Of a DNA stretch of 64,000 bases, positions 13,929 to 27,471 are shown one piece after another. This DNA is from Eledone cirrhosa (lineage: Eukaryota). A program made the position numbers and the translations under genes. The notes below the pieces were generated by a model. It was not told where the DNA came from. It did not search any database and saw nothing but the letters and a program-made list of their open reading frames with translations. The stretch's first letter is position 1, and every line of letters begins with the position of its first letter. The stretch lies in contig OZ024741.1 in assembly GCA_964016885.1 (NCBI GenBank), positions 269,576,001-269,640,000 of the forward strand, read 5' to 3'.

Positions 13929-14301
13929 CGAGAGCTGAATAGCTTAATATAAAAACAATATTGCGTAACTGCCATTGAGGTAAAACGAACCATTCACTTT
14001 TAAAATGGCAGTCCGACATCCTACCTATGCAACAAGCTATGGCGCCCCACGCACGACAAAATCCGCAGAAATATAAAAATGAATAATATGGTAGTTTAGC
14101 CAATGAGAAATATTTCATTATACAAATACCATCCATTGGTTTAGTACAGGCACTATAAAAATATTTTTTATTACAAATTCACTTTATACATGAGTACAGC
14201 CTAAGCGAAAAGCTTTCGCTTTGATAATAATCTGCTATGGTTACAAAAGAGCATGGTTCTGGCATAAATCTCTTGAATTCTAAAATATAAAAATTATTTT
14301 A

Positions 14302-14421
14302 TTAGTGATTCTCGCACAGTAAGTCTTCTTTTGTGATTTTATTCTGAAACTTGGTTAACTTCTTAACTTCTACATTGTTCTTAAAGTCCTCTTTGAGAGA
14401 AGACACACCAAGTAAATAAAC
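14302..14421 (-). CDS. Candidate terminal coding exon of an unidentified host gene
   Basis: Acceptor CATTTCTTTACTGTGTTCAG, then open frame VYLLGVSSLKEDFKNNVEVKKLTKFQNKITKEDLLCENH* in non-repetitive DNA; no homology recognised. Confidence 0.3.
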   Translation of the reverse strand, partial: VYLLGVSSLKEDFKNNVEVKKLTKFQNKITKEDLLCENH

Positions 14422-15462
14422 CTGAACACAGTAAAGAAATGTGAACTTGTCAAATATTTTATAATAAAATTATTGCTTTTTTCTTGTATTTTTTTGGTTT
14501 ATGTTTATTTAGGGGTGTTATGAATGGACTTAAATTTTTGAATCTTGAATTAAGAAAAATATTATTTCCATCTTTTCTGTTTTGTTGACGTTTAGAACAA
14601 AATAGGATTTAGGAAATTATTACCGAGCAGAAGAAAAAAAAACAAATCAATTCGAGACAAGGAAAAAGAAATTTAAATAAAAACATTTCTGTGCATTAGT
14701 AGGACCTGGTGCTCAACGAAGCAACAAAATGTCACTCAAATAAATCTCACTTAAGAAATTCTCTGCTGACTTAAAACAAATCAATAAGTTCTAAATCTTA
14801 AAATACCATGAAACACAATTCAACTTGACCCAATGAAGAAACAAGAAACATATATTTCTACGCAGTCGCAGTGTCGGCTACTCACTGCAGCAACAAAAAT
14901 CTCACTTTAGAAAGCATTCTACTGTTTTTACTTGGTTCTGAGTTCGACCACACTACGTGATACCTTAGGCAACTATTTTCAGCCATAACTTCTAGAAGTA
15001 TAGTATACTTAATTTATTAATCAAAAATACAGTTTATTAGTATAGTCGTATTGGATAATTTTATTTATGGTATATATCATGTAAATAGAGTTTAAAAGAA
15101 AAAAAAAGAAAATTTAGATTGAGAATGTAAAATAGGAAAATATAAAGAAAAAAGAGAAAAAGAAAACAACGAAAAAGGGAGGAAATGGCAAGAACTCTAG
15201 TGTCACAGAAGAATGGAGAGGGGGACGGGGAGGATGATTGGGCTCAGGGTTTAGGGCGAGGCGGTAAAGAGGCTGCGCCCTGCAAATAAGACCGCAAAAG
15301 CATTCCCGCGGCCAATGGTCAGCGACACCCGGCCATCTCACGGGCGCCTTCCTCAGACGAGCCACCGGTGTGTGTGTGCAATTTCCCGGTGTGTCTCGGT
15401 CTGCTAGAAATAACAAATAACTAACCATCCAATCATATCCTTTACTCTTTACAAAAAGGAAC

Positions 15463-15557
15463 CTTCTTCTTCTTCTTCTTCTTCTTCTTCTTCTTCTTCT
15501 TCTTCTTCTTCTTCTTCTTCTTCTTCTTCTTCTTCTTCTTCTTCTTCTTCTTCTTCG
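15463..15557. repeat. (TTC)n microsatellite
   Basis: Direct reading. Confidence 0.95.
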
Positions 15558-15714
15558 CTCTCTTATTCCTGAGAAGTATCAAGTATGCCTTTCAGTTGGT
15601 AATCAAAATAAATTAAAAAAATTATTATTATTAAAAAAAAGGGGAAAATAAAATCGAAATAACATTTCAAATATTGACAGAGGACAATGGGAGAGAAATT
15701 ATGTTGTTATTTCG

Positions 15715-16030
15715 TTAAGAAAACGAAAAAGAAAAGGGAATAGGGAACAAGGGAAGCTGTAATATATCTAGAAGTTTCTGTTGTTGAATCATTTCGTAAC
15801 TTACATGTACTCTTGAGATTTTGTTTATATTTGGTAGACCTGTAATCATATATTGAACTCCTAATCTTGGTAGTTTTTTAAAGATTGGTTTCAACATGGC
15901 TTCTCTCTCAGACGGATAGTTTCTACATTAGAACAAATAGTGCCAAATACTTTCTGGAGAATCACCACAAGAACATAGAGGTGAATCTCTACGACCTTTT
16001 CTTGATATAATGTAGTTCAAAGCTAGACTA
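15715..16030 (-). pseudogene. Decayed LINE ORF2 C-terminal fragment
   Basis: SPLCSCGDSPESIWHYLF*C matches the C-x-C-G...E...H...C zinc motif at the end of non-LTR RT ORFs; internal stop. Confidence 0.6.
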
Positions 16031-16052
16031 CATCTTTTTACACATATACGAA

Positions 16053-16125
16053 CCCTTGGTGGAGCTTCGAAGCGGTCACTGGACCAACTAGAATTAGCAG
16101 CCAAATCACCCTCACATTCCACAAA
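16053..16125 (-). CDS. Candidate internal host exon (FVECEGDLAANSSWSSDRFEAPPR)
   Basis: Pyrimidine tract + TAG acceptor, 72-nt open frame, weak GTTCGT donor; boundaries approximate. Confidence 0.25.
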
Positions 16126-16656
16126 CTACCATTTTAAAGAAGAAAGGATACAGTCTAGAATGTAGCACGTGGTGTACCAAAAGGATGTGAATGCCACAAT
16201 TAGAAAACTTTGATCGTGGGTCTGCTAGGTGAGAGCTAACCCGGGACTTACTAATAACACCTATAACGATCAGATTTAGATTTATAACATTTCATATCTA
16301 GTCGGATGAATGTCTAGCAAGTTAATCTGACAGGCACAGAAGCGACTTGCTTGTAGCAATAACCATAAATAGCAATAATTGAACAGACCAAGAGTAGATG
16401 CAATGCAGTCCAGCAGACAGAAATATTTATAAATTTCTACCTTCATCTGTTACCTGGGTAAGAAATATTTTTAGATGTGTATTGATTTTAATTTTAATTA
16501 GTTTTCCTTGTGTATTTGTTATCATTTTCTTCTTCTGTTATGTCCATTTATTTTTTCAGGGAGGATATTATACAACTCACAAAGATTATGTAATAGTTTA
16601 CGCAAGAAGTGCGCTAACAGATTTATTCAGAAATATCATGCTAAAGATTATTATTA

Positions 16657-18015
16657 CTAGCTGGTCCCGTGCCGTCAAAAAATGACGGCTAATTGTAATA
16701 TCTATACATAATATAAAAAAAAGAGATGTTGGTTTGTTGGTTTGTTGGTTGGTTCCTTCGTGCTCACTCACACATTATACAAACATACAAACACACAGCT
16801 GTGACGAATCTTAGAACGCTGGACTTCTATAGTTTCTCATCCCCTTCCTTTCTCAGTCGTCACATAGATTTTTTCTAAATGTGTCTGTTTATATATATGT
16901 ATGTGTAGATACGTGTGTGTTTATAATTCTATTGTCTATGTATCTTTCTAAATAAACACACACAAATACATATACACTCACACAAATATATATAAATATA
17001 ACTTACACAAACACACATATACACACACAATCACACACATAATCGTAACAGCCAATGTGTGCAGCCAATTCGCTATACATATAGACCCACACAGATGTAG
17101 CGAATATTAGTCGATGCCACCCCTTCCTTTCTCGGTCGACGTCATCACCCCTTCCTTTCTCAGTCGACCTTATCCCCGCTTCCTTTCTTAGTCGACGTTA
17201 TCACCCCTTCCTTTCTCGGTCGACGTTATCACCCCTTCCTTTCTCAGTCGACCTTATCACCCCTTCCGTTCTCGGTCGACGTTATCACCCCTTCCTTCCT
17301 CAGTCGACGTTATCATCCCTTCCTTTCTCGGTTGACGTTATCACCCTTCCTTCCTCAGTCGACATTATCACCTCTTCCTTTCTGAGTCGACGTCATCACC
17401 TCTTCCTTTCTCAGACGACGTAATCACCCCTTCCTTCCTCAGTCGACGTTATCACCCCTTCCTTCCTCCGTCGACGTTATCACCCCTTCCTTTCTCAGTT
17501 TGTCATCACCCCTTCCTTCCTCAGTCGACGTCTTCACCCCTTCCTTTCTCAATCGACGTTATCACGCTTCCTTTCTCAGTTGACGTCTTCACCCCTTCCT
17601 TTCTCAGTCGACGTCATCACCTCTTCCTTTCTCAGTCGACGTTATCACCCCTTCCTTTTTCAGTCAACGTGATCTCCCCTTCCTTTCTCAATCGCCGTTA
17701 TCACCCCTTCCTTTCTCAGTCGACGTCATCACCTCTTCCTTTCTCAGTCGACGTCATCACCCCTTCCTTTCTCGGTCGACGTTATTACCCCTTCCTTTCT
17801 CGGTCGACGTCATCACCCCTTCTTTTCACAGTCGACGTCATCATCCGTTCCTTTCTCAGTCGACGGTATCACCCCTTCCTTTCTCAGTCGCCGTTATCAC
17901 TCCTTCCTTCCTCACACAACGGTATCACCCCTTCCTTTCTCAGTTTGTCATCACCCCTTACTTTCTCAGTCATCTTTTCTGACGGACAAATACACAAGCG
18001 TATTATATATTAAGA
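16657..18015 (-). mobile_element. Non-autonomous Helitron carrying a minisatellite
   Basis: Minus strand starts TCTTAATATATAATAC and ends with hairpin GCCGTCA..TGACGGC followed by CTAG|T. Confidence 0.65.
17110..17975. repeat. 28-bp minisatellite (GTCGACGTTATCACCCCTTCCTTTCTCA), about 31 units
   Basis: GTCGAC at 17163, 17191, 17219 and onward. Confidence 0.95.
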
Positions 18016-18029
18016 AGGATATTATTATT

Positions 18030-19192
18030 AGGGCGGTGGATTGGCAGTACCGGTAGAGCGTCAAGCAACATGCTTTGCGGCATGTGGTTATGGCCCTTTA
18101 CGTTGGGATTTAATCGACTTTCCTCCTCCCCCCAAACTGCTGGTCTTGTGCCTATAGTAGATAGAATTATTACGGTGGATTGGCAGTATCGGTAAAGAGT
18201 CGGGCGCCATGCTTTACAGCATAGACTTACGGCCCTTTATGATCTGAGTTCAAATCCCACCGAGGTTACCTTTGCGTCTCATCCTTACGGGGTCGATAAA
18301 ATAAAGTACCAGTCACGCACTGGGGTCGATTTAATCGACTTTCCCCCGCCCCAAAATTGCTGGCCTTGTGCCTCTATAAGAAACCATTATTATTATAAGT
18401 GCGTTGTCTGAATATTGGTAGAGTGTCAACCAACATGCTTTGCGGCATGTAGTTATGGCCCTCTAAGTTGTGATTTTAACCAATTTTCCTCTTCCCCCCA
18501 AACTGCTGGTCTTGTGCCCCAAGTAGATACAATTATTATTATTATAAATGCGTCGAGGTTAACTTTGCCTTTCATCCTTACGGGGTCGATAAAATAAAGT
18601 ACCAGTAATACACTGGGTAATTGCTGGCCTTGTGCCAAAAGTAGAAACAATTATTATTATAAGTGTGTTGTCCTAATATTGGTAGAGCCTCAACCAACAC
18701 GCTTGCTGGCATGTATTTACGAGCCTATACGTTCTGATTTCAAATCCCGCCGAGGTTAGCTTTTACTTTTCATCTTTACGAGGTTGATACAATAAAGTAT
18801 CAGTAATACACTTTAATGAAAGGAATAGGGTGAGGTAAAAATTAGAGAGTAACAATTGATTTATTTATACATGCTTTTCAATGTAAAACCTTCTCAAACT
18901 CCCCAGTATACTTGTGTGTGCTTGTGTGTATACTGTACAGTATACATACCCATAACACAAGCATTTTATCACTGGTTACCAACCCATATTATCCCTTTAA
19001 AGGGCGATGGATTGGCAGATTCGGTAGAGCATCGAACACCCTTTACGTTCTGAGTTCAAATCCCGCCGAAGGTAACTTTGCCTTTCATCATTACGGGGTC
19101 GATAAAATAAAGTACCAGTAACACACTGGTGTCGATTTAATCGACCCCCACCTCTCAAATTGTTGGCCTTGTGCCTAAATCAGAAACCATTA
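18030..19192 (+). mobile_element. Head-to-tail cluster of about six Nin-type SINE copies, some internally deleted
   Basis: Repeated head, core and tail motifs separated by (ATT)n. Confidence 0.85.
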
Positions 19193-19684
19193 TCCACTTT
19201 ACCTATTTTTAAACCCTTATACTTTACCTGTACTTATTCGATCTTATTTTATCCTATTTACTAATTTGCTTAACCATTTGCTCGTTTACTTCTATATAAA
19301 CCACTTTTTAATTTAATTTTATTCCCTTCTTAAAGAATAAAATACATATTTATATACCCACTCTGCACCTTCCCATGCATTGAGTACTCCCAGGATTAGT
19401 ACACTCCCCGGTCTCAGCAACCCAGATTCTCTCTCTCTCTCTCCCCATATATATGTGTGTGTGTGTGTGTGTGTTATAAAGAGTCGAGATGGGACCCCTG
19501 TGGTGCTGAGACCGAGGAGGCAACTTATAGTGGGAGAATTCAATACATGGGGAGTTGCAGAGTGGGTATAGAGACGTGTTAAATCCCGATAATACAAATA
19601 TTACTACACACTAGAAAAGGCTGGCTGAACACCGCCCGAAACCGCTTGCCACCGGGGTGAGGATTTTACACCTCTCTCTCTCTC

Positions 19685-19759
<75 letters not shown>

Positions 19760-20072
19760 ACAATAATATGAAATACACAGATATATGTGAATACATACAT
19801 ATACATGCATATACACACATATATCTTTCACACGTATGTGAGATTTTGTGTTGCCAACCTTAACCGTTGTTGCTCTGTGATTAAGAGGGACAAAATAATC
19901 GGAATGAATTAAATTGACTCTATATCAGAGCTATGTAATACATTATAAAGAAAGAAGAAACATCAGACATTAATAAATAAATAAATACCTATTATTTCTT
20001 CTCATTCTCGACTGCACAGTTTCGTGGCTATATATATAATAGGATAAATATCTACTTGGGAATCTACTAAAC

Positions 20073-20850
20073 TAGTGGTGAGCAAACCTTATCGATCGGG
20101 GGCCACATTGACTGGGTCATGAACACCAGAGGGCCGCACCATTTGTTATTGGATATAGGATTGGCAGTATCGGTAGAGGGTCAGACACCATGCTTTCCAG
20201 CATAGTTACGTCCCTTTACGATCTGAGTTCAAATCCCGCCGAGGTTGACTTTGCCTTTCATCCTTACGGGGTCGATAATAAAGTACCAGTAATGCACTGG
20301 GTATTTGCTGGCCTTGTGCCTAAAGTAGAAACAATTATTGGATATAGTACAGTATAGTATAGTACAGTATACTATAGTACAGTACAGTATAGTATAGTAT
20401 AGTACTAGAGAGTATTGGATATAGTGTTCCAGTAACCTTACTTTTCTTCAGTTAGAATTTAGAAAATATAAAATATAAACTGCATCATTACAATACATAA
20501 ATTAATGGTTTCTTATATAGGCACAAGGCCAGCAATTTGGGGGAGGGGAAAGTCGATTAAATCGACCCCAGTGCATGACTGGTACTTTATTTTATCGAAT
20601 TATAATACATAAATTAATAAAACGATTAAATACAAAACTCTTAAAACAATGTTTTCTTTTAATTAGTGTCTGTACATCACAAAACATACCAGAACAAAAA
20701 TCTAACTAGATCTAGTCTCAGCTTAAGTATTATATACGAACATCTGCTGATTTTTATTTATTTTATTAATTCGCCGAATACTTCAACGCGCCGCATATAA
20801 CTCTTTGGCGGGCCGCATTTGGCCCGCGAGACGTAGCTTGCCCACCCTTG
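20073..20850. mobile_element. Non-autonomous hAT (Buster/Charlie-type) element with nested SINEs at 20158-20340 and 20505-20598
   Basis: Imperfect TIRs TAGTGGTGAGCAA / TTGCCCACCCTTG, subterminal GGGCCGCA motifs, 8-bp TSD TACTAAAC / TACTAAAA with central TA. Confidence 0.75.
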
Positions 20851-21312
20851 TACTAAAAAGATCTGTGTAAGGCACTACAGGCCATATTACCATCATGAAG
20901 TAAGTATATTTATTTACATATTAATTGTTCTGTATATATGTACAAAATACTACTAGTTTCTCAAATGATATACGGTATATCCTGGTATGTATCATTTAAA
21001 CTTGTTTAATTGATGCACTGAATTAATGTTCATGGAGCTTTTTTATTGAGAAACAATTGATATATATTTTGTATGTATTGATTAAACCTACTAAATTTAG
21101 TTTATGTATGTATGTATGTATGTATGTATATACATATAAGGGCGGAAGAACTCGTAAGGGTCAACGGCCATCCAAGAGTGTGTAAATATGTATATATACA
21201 CATGTACATATCTATGTATATGTGTATATACATGGGTGCATGTGTATGTATATGCGCGGGGACATTGAAATAGCCGGGCTGGACACCCGATCGCGCGGTT
21301 AAACCACTGGGA

Positions 21313-21795
21313 GTGAAGGACCCCCCAGTCTTTGTCAGTGAATGCCGATTACAAGGTAAATGCAACACCAAAGCCATTGTATATGCGGCTAAAGTGACAA
21401 CCATTAGCAACAACCAACAAGCCACCAGCGAACGATATGTGGGTATGACACAAGACAAATTCAAAACGCGTTATTACTCACATGTCGCATCTTTCCGACA
21501 TCCAGAAAAAAGATTCACAACAGCTCTGGCTAGCAGAATATGGGATTTGAAAGACCAAGGTATCCAATATAAATTGGATTGGTCAATTTTGAACCAATCT
21601 AAAGAATATGCAAGAGGAACAAGAAGATGCACACTCTGCATAAGTGAAAAATATTGGATTTTGCAGAACCTTAAATCACCAAAAACCTGCCTAAATACAA
21701 AAACAGAAATTTTCACCAGTTGCCCACACATGAAACCACACTTGCTTTCCAGCTCATATAAACTTAACTCACTTTCAGATACTTATCCTCCATAA
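21313..21795 (+). pseudogene. GIY-YIG endonuclease C-terminal fragment of a Penelope-like element
   Basis: CRLQGKC..AIVY..YVGMT..FKTRYYSH..SF..T.LA..IWDLK..W.IL..CTLC.SEK..LN.K.E..SCPH aligns with ORF 43627-44604. Confidence 0.88.
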
Positions 21796-23039
21796 ACTCG
21801 TATTCTTCACTTCGCTTAAATTATCCTCTTTACAGACTTCTCTTCCTGATTTACTTTCATTTTTAACTTTATTTTTAATTTTACTTTTATTTTTACTTCA
21901 CATCCACCAGTAACCCCCCCCCCCCCTACTTTTCGATTCACTTACCTAATATCTTCACATTCCACATTTTACTTCCCCTTTTTCTTTCATTACCTGATAC
22001 CACATGTCACTTGCCTTTTCCACTCCAGATATATTCTGTTGTTTCGCAGCCGATTTTATATTTGTACTCATTTATTCATACGGCTGGTTTATAATCTGTA
22101 TCTATGTGTGTGAGTGTGCTTATGTGTGTATACGTTCTGTATATGTACACGAACGCCTCCGTATGTATGCGTGCGTACGTATATATATGTGTGTATATGT
22201 GTGTTTTTTATATCTATGTTTTTTACATACTTATTTATACGTGTGTGTGTATGCGGGTGAATGTATGTGTATGTGTATGTATATGTGTGTATATGTATAT
22301 GTATGTATGGGTGTGTATGTATATATGTATATATATATATAGTCGCGTACGTACGTGTGATTAGATATACATGTGGCGATATATATATATATATATACGT
22401 GCCTCGTGTGTATGTATGTACGCATACATGCGCTTTTGTCTGTACGTATTTGTGTGTATAAATATTTATATATATATATATATGTGTGTGTACGTGCGTA
22501 CCTATGTTTGTTTTCTTTTCTCTAGTGTTAATTGATTACTTTCTCTTTGATTTAAAAAATGTTTTCATTCTCATATATTGTTTCATTTTTATACATATAT
22601 CGAGAATGACACTTCTTTTTACTATTACACTCCCTTCCCTCTTTATCTTCCGCATATAACTGACCGCGCGTGTGTGTGTGTTTATACGCGTGCTTACCTA
22701 CTCGTAAGTGTATTTAATACCTGTATCTGGATGCGTTTTAACTATATTATCATACAATTTCTTTTTCAACTCATATTATATACGTATTTGTGGTCACATA
22801 TACACAAATATACTTGCCCTCATATATGTACTTACGCGCACATTTTCACCATACACATGCATTTGTACACACACACATATGTACATTTGTGAGTGTATAT
22901 ACCTACATATACACATACCCTAACTATATTTCCTTTTTTTTTTTTATATATCTCTTGCATTACTTTTATTTATATATTTTTTGCCCGTTAAACTCTTGCA
23001 TTTCTTGAGGAGACTTTTCAAATATTTCACTATGTTTTA

Positions 23040-23117
23040 AATTGCCTTGTCCGACGAACGAATGAGGACGTTTTTCGTATTCGTCTTATTCGGGAAACCT
23101 CTGGTAATGAGGTAATT
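23040..23117 (+). ncRNA. Type I hammerhead ribozyme with U4C core variant
   Basis: AATTGCCTTGT-CCGACGA-long stem II-GAAA-CCTCTGG-TA-ATGAGGTAATT; 11-bp stem I with three G.U pairs. Confidence 0.68.
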
Positions 23118-23143
23118 ATATTGTATTGTTTATTATACATTAT

Positions 23144-23228
<85 letters not shown>

Positions 23229-23591
23229 GATTTGTTAATTGCTGAACTACCTGGCTGCTCAACTTCTGACAATAGTTGCTCAAATATTTGGCAAGGAGTA
23301 ACATAATGCTACAATTTGTCAAGTTTCGACTTCTCTTCAATTACATCACTCCAATTTCAGTATTGAGTACTTATCTGTGCTTCCTTCTCTCTTCTATCTC
23401 TTTCTCCTCTCTCTTTCTTTCTCCTCTCTCTCCTCTCTATCTTTTCCTCTCTCCCAACCTCTATGCCCCCTCTCTCCCTCTATCACACTCAATCCCTCTC
23501 TCACACTCTCTCACTCCTTCTTTCCCTTTTTCTATTACACGCTCCCTCTCAATATCCCACTCACTCACTCAATCTCTCTCTCGCTCTCCCA

Positions 23592-23636
<45 letters not shown>

Positions 23637-23900
23637 ACTCCCACTCAATCTCCCCCCCCTCTCTCTCTAACTCCCACTCATACTCTCAATCGCTCTCTCT
23701 GTCTCCCACTCACTTCTCCTCTCAATCTCTCGCTCTCCCTTTCTCTCGGTCTACCTTCCTTTCTATATGACCTTTCGATAAATAAACCCGAGATCAATAC
23801 ACACATATAGAACCTCGATATTTTAATTTCCTCTTAGCTTTCTACATGGTTTAACTTTCAAAACAGAAATAATGGACACTGCCTACCTGAACGATAACAT

Positions 23901-24660
<760 letters not shown>

Positions 24661-25134
24661 GGTACATTTAAACACGTAAGAAAGAAAAAAAGAAACGTAA
24701 GAATGCAGAATAGAATAATAGGAGAGGACAACGAGAAGAAGAAAAAGAGAAGGAAATTCGTGGAATGAGGGAGATAGGTGGTAGGGGGGAGTGGTGAGGG
24801 AGTGAGTGAGATGGGTGGTAGAGAGGGGAAGGAGAATGGTGAGGGAGAGAGACATAAGTGGTAGAGGGGGAGGAGAGTGGTGAGGGAGTGAGAGAGGGGG
24901 GAGAGTTCTGAGGGAGAGAGAGATAGGTGGTAGAGGGGGAGGAGAGTGGTGAAGGAGTGAGAGTGAAAAATGAATGAATAGAAACTAACTTAGAAAGAAC
25001 GAAAGACAAATACAAGAATTATTATTAAGAAATGACAATGAGGGATTGAGAGTATGGAAGAAACTGGTGCAATGAAAGAGAGAATGAAAGAAAGACCCTG
25101 GTGGATGAAAGAATGAAGAATTGGACAAATAAAA

Positions 25135-25170
<36 letters not shown>

Positions 25171-25216
25171 GCGGTGCCCCAGCATGGCCTCAGCCGGACG
25201 GGTGGAACAGGTAAAA

Positions 25217-25277
<61 letters not shown>

Positions 25278-25280
25278 TAT

Positions 25281-25486
25281 AGTAATGATAATAAATTTGA
25301 AGACTAAAATCTAAAGAGAGCTCGATAATATATATCAAATATATAAGAACTCTAGAGCAAATATTTATTAAAATAACATTAAAGTTTAAGCAGAGAATCG
25401 CTGCTTTCATTCTTAACGGGATCTTCTGAAGATCCCGTTAAGGGTGAAAGCAGCGATTCTTTGCTTAAACTTTAATCTGTTATTTT
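25281..25486. mobile_element. Palindromic Penelope-like pLTR remnant
   Basis: Arms about 25368-25426 / 25428-25486 centred on T25427, inside CTGAAGA; same family as 8978-9183. Confidence 0.65.
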
Positions 25487-25489
25487 ACA

Positions 25490-26076
25490 CTAGCCGAATT
25501 ACCCGCGCCTTTCATATATTTTTTTTTTTTGTAAGAAAATGATGATTGATTTTAAATCAGTGATATAATTTATGGACAAAAAATAAAGGGAAAAGGTTAA
25601 AAATGTAGAGGCATTAACTAATAATTTTTGTTGTCATAATTCTAGTGATGTTTTGCCATAGATAAAATCTCTAAATTAGCCAAATTTTATTATAAAAGAG
25701 AGGTGCTTTTTTTTTGTTGATTTACGTTTAATTAATAGAAAAATCCCGTGATAATAAAGATTCCAATACTCAAGTTATGGGCTTGCAAAATTTTCACTAT
25801 AGGGGGTTTAACCCCCATTAGGGTGTCTTAATATTATTGAAATTTTGTGAATAGGCATCATATCAAGTAATTTACCTATGGTTTAAATCTCATATAAATC
25901 GAATGGAAAACATTTTTCATCAGGGGTTTGTGCCCCCGAGGAACCCTATGATTAAAATGAAATATACTTATCCAAGTACCCTGGTCAATGTAGTTTCAGA
26001 ATATATATGATTATGGGGGTCTATCTCCAAATCCATAGGAGTTCGTGAACAAACAATCAAACAGACAGGAACTACA

Positions 26077-26085
<9 letters not shown>
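25490..26085 (-). mobile_element. Non-autonomous Helitron-like element
   Basis: CTAG plus degenerate GC hairpin at the left; AAACAATCAAACAGACAG...CTTTATATATA at the right, typical of the 5' end of such elements. Confidence 0.55.
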
Positions 26086-26117
<32 letters not shown>

Positions 26118-26129
26118 TATTAAGTGGAT

Positions 26130-26480
26130 AGGCATGGACTAGTGGTAAGGGTGCTGGACTTACGATCATACTTTCGTGGGTTCGATTCCATGGCTGGGTT
26201 ATGTGTTGTGTTCTTGAACAAGATACTTCATTTTATGTTGTTACAGTATACTCAGCTGAAATTGATTGGGGTTTAACCTTGCGATGGACTGGTGTCCTGT
26301 CCAGGGGGATGAGTCTTTTACTCTCAGTCACTTAACGCCACGGAAACCAGACTAAGCACCAGTAATTGCGGCAGGTTTAACCCTGCGTTGGACTGGCCTC
26401 TTTTCCAGGGGGAAGAGTCAGTTAACGCCACGGAAATCAGGATAAGCACCGGTCTGATGAGCCTTCGTGCTCGAAACAGA
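26130..26480 (+). mobile_element. tRNA-derived MetaSINE-like element with duplicated 3' module
   Basis: A/B boxes (TGGACTAGTGG, GGTTCGATTCC), TGTGTTCTTGAACAAGA, and AACCTTGCGATGGACTGG..TCCAGGGGG..GCCACGGAAACC present twice. Confidence 0.65.
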
Positions 26481-26760
26481 AGATAAAAAGGATAGAATAA
26501 AAATTGAATGAACAAAGACAGAATGAAGATGAGAAAGGAACGGGAACGAAAAGCATATACACGATAAAGAAGAAAGGAAAAGAAGAAAGGAATAAGAGGA
26601 AGTGGAGGGAAATAAAAGGTGAAAAGAAAGAAAACAAAGAAAATTAATGAAAAAAGAACAAAAACAAAAATAAAGTAAAAAACAAAAGAAAAAATTGAAT
26701 GACAAAAACAGAAGAAAGAAAATGATGATAGATGGATATATGTATATATAGAGATAGATA

Positions 26761-27228
26761 TATTTCTTTATTAGCCACAGGGGCACAAAAGAAGGGGACA
26801 AATACAAAGGGGGAAGTTTACATACAATAAAAACGTGTAAAATGTTATCACAGATGGAATTTAAAAGTTAGTCGATTTTCCCCAATAGAGGGAGACAGTT
26901 TATATGGGTAACACATACCCCCGAAAAAATGTGCAACCCTCATCTCCAGGAGTACGAAGAGCTTGTACTCCTTTCCTCTCCTCCTCCTTTTCCTCAATCT
27001 ACAGGCTGATATAGAGAGAAGGCCCATTCACTCGGGCCATTCTCGCCACTTTCACCCACCTTTCATAAAACTTGCTGCGGTACAGCACCTCTCTCTCCAT
27101 CCTGATTCTTCTTCCAAAGTGGTATTTGAAAAAAAGAATCAGTTGTTGGCCGGAGAGAAAGGTGTCTGACCTCAGCCCTTTCAACCTTGTCCACCATACA
27201 ACCTCTTTCGCCATAGCTATCACACATA
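26761..27228 (-). mobile_element. 5'-truncated Tx1 copy (about 470 bp) flanked by GATA repeats
   Basis: ORF 26999-27223 matches the C-terminus of 27472-29100 (KEVVWWTRLKGLRS..ARMARVNGPSLY). Confidence 0.9.
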
Positions 27229-27471
27229 GATAGATAAATAGATAGATAGATATATTTCTTTATTTACCATAAAGGCACAAAAAGAAGGGACAAATACAAG
27301 GAGGGAGTTTACATAAAATCGAGTAAAAAGGGTATAAGATGAAAATAATCGAAAACAACCTCAAAAAGGGGGGGACGTGATGGGGTTTCACCCCCCCCCC
27401 CCGCAAAAGTGTGCAATCCTTTGCCCGGGGAGCACATGGATGAGGTGCTCCCCTCTCCTTCACTTCTTTAA

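Larger units (their letters stand above)
21313..23130 (+). mobile_element. 5'-truncated Penelope-like (Naiad-type) element: GIY-YIG domain, long 3'UTR and hammerhead, followed by (TA)n
   Basis: ORF 21313-21795, microsatellite-rich 3'UTR, hammerhead at 23040-23117. Confidence 0.8.

Noticed and set aside
26453-26478. CTGATGA..GAAA motif
   Set aside because: Part of the MetaSINE-like 3' end; no stem I or stem III, and stem II is out of register
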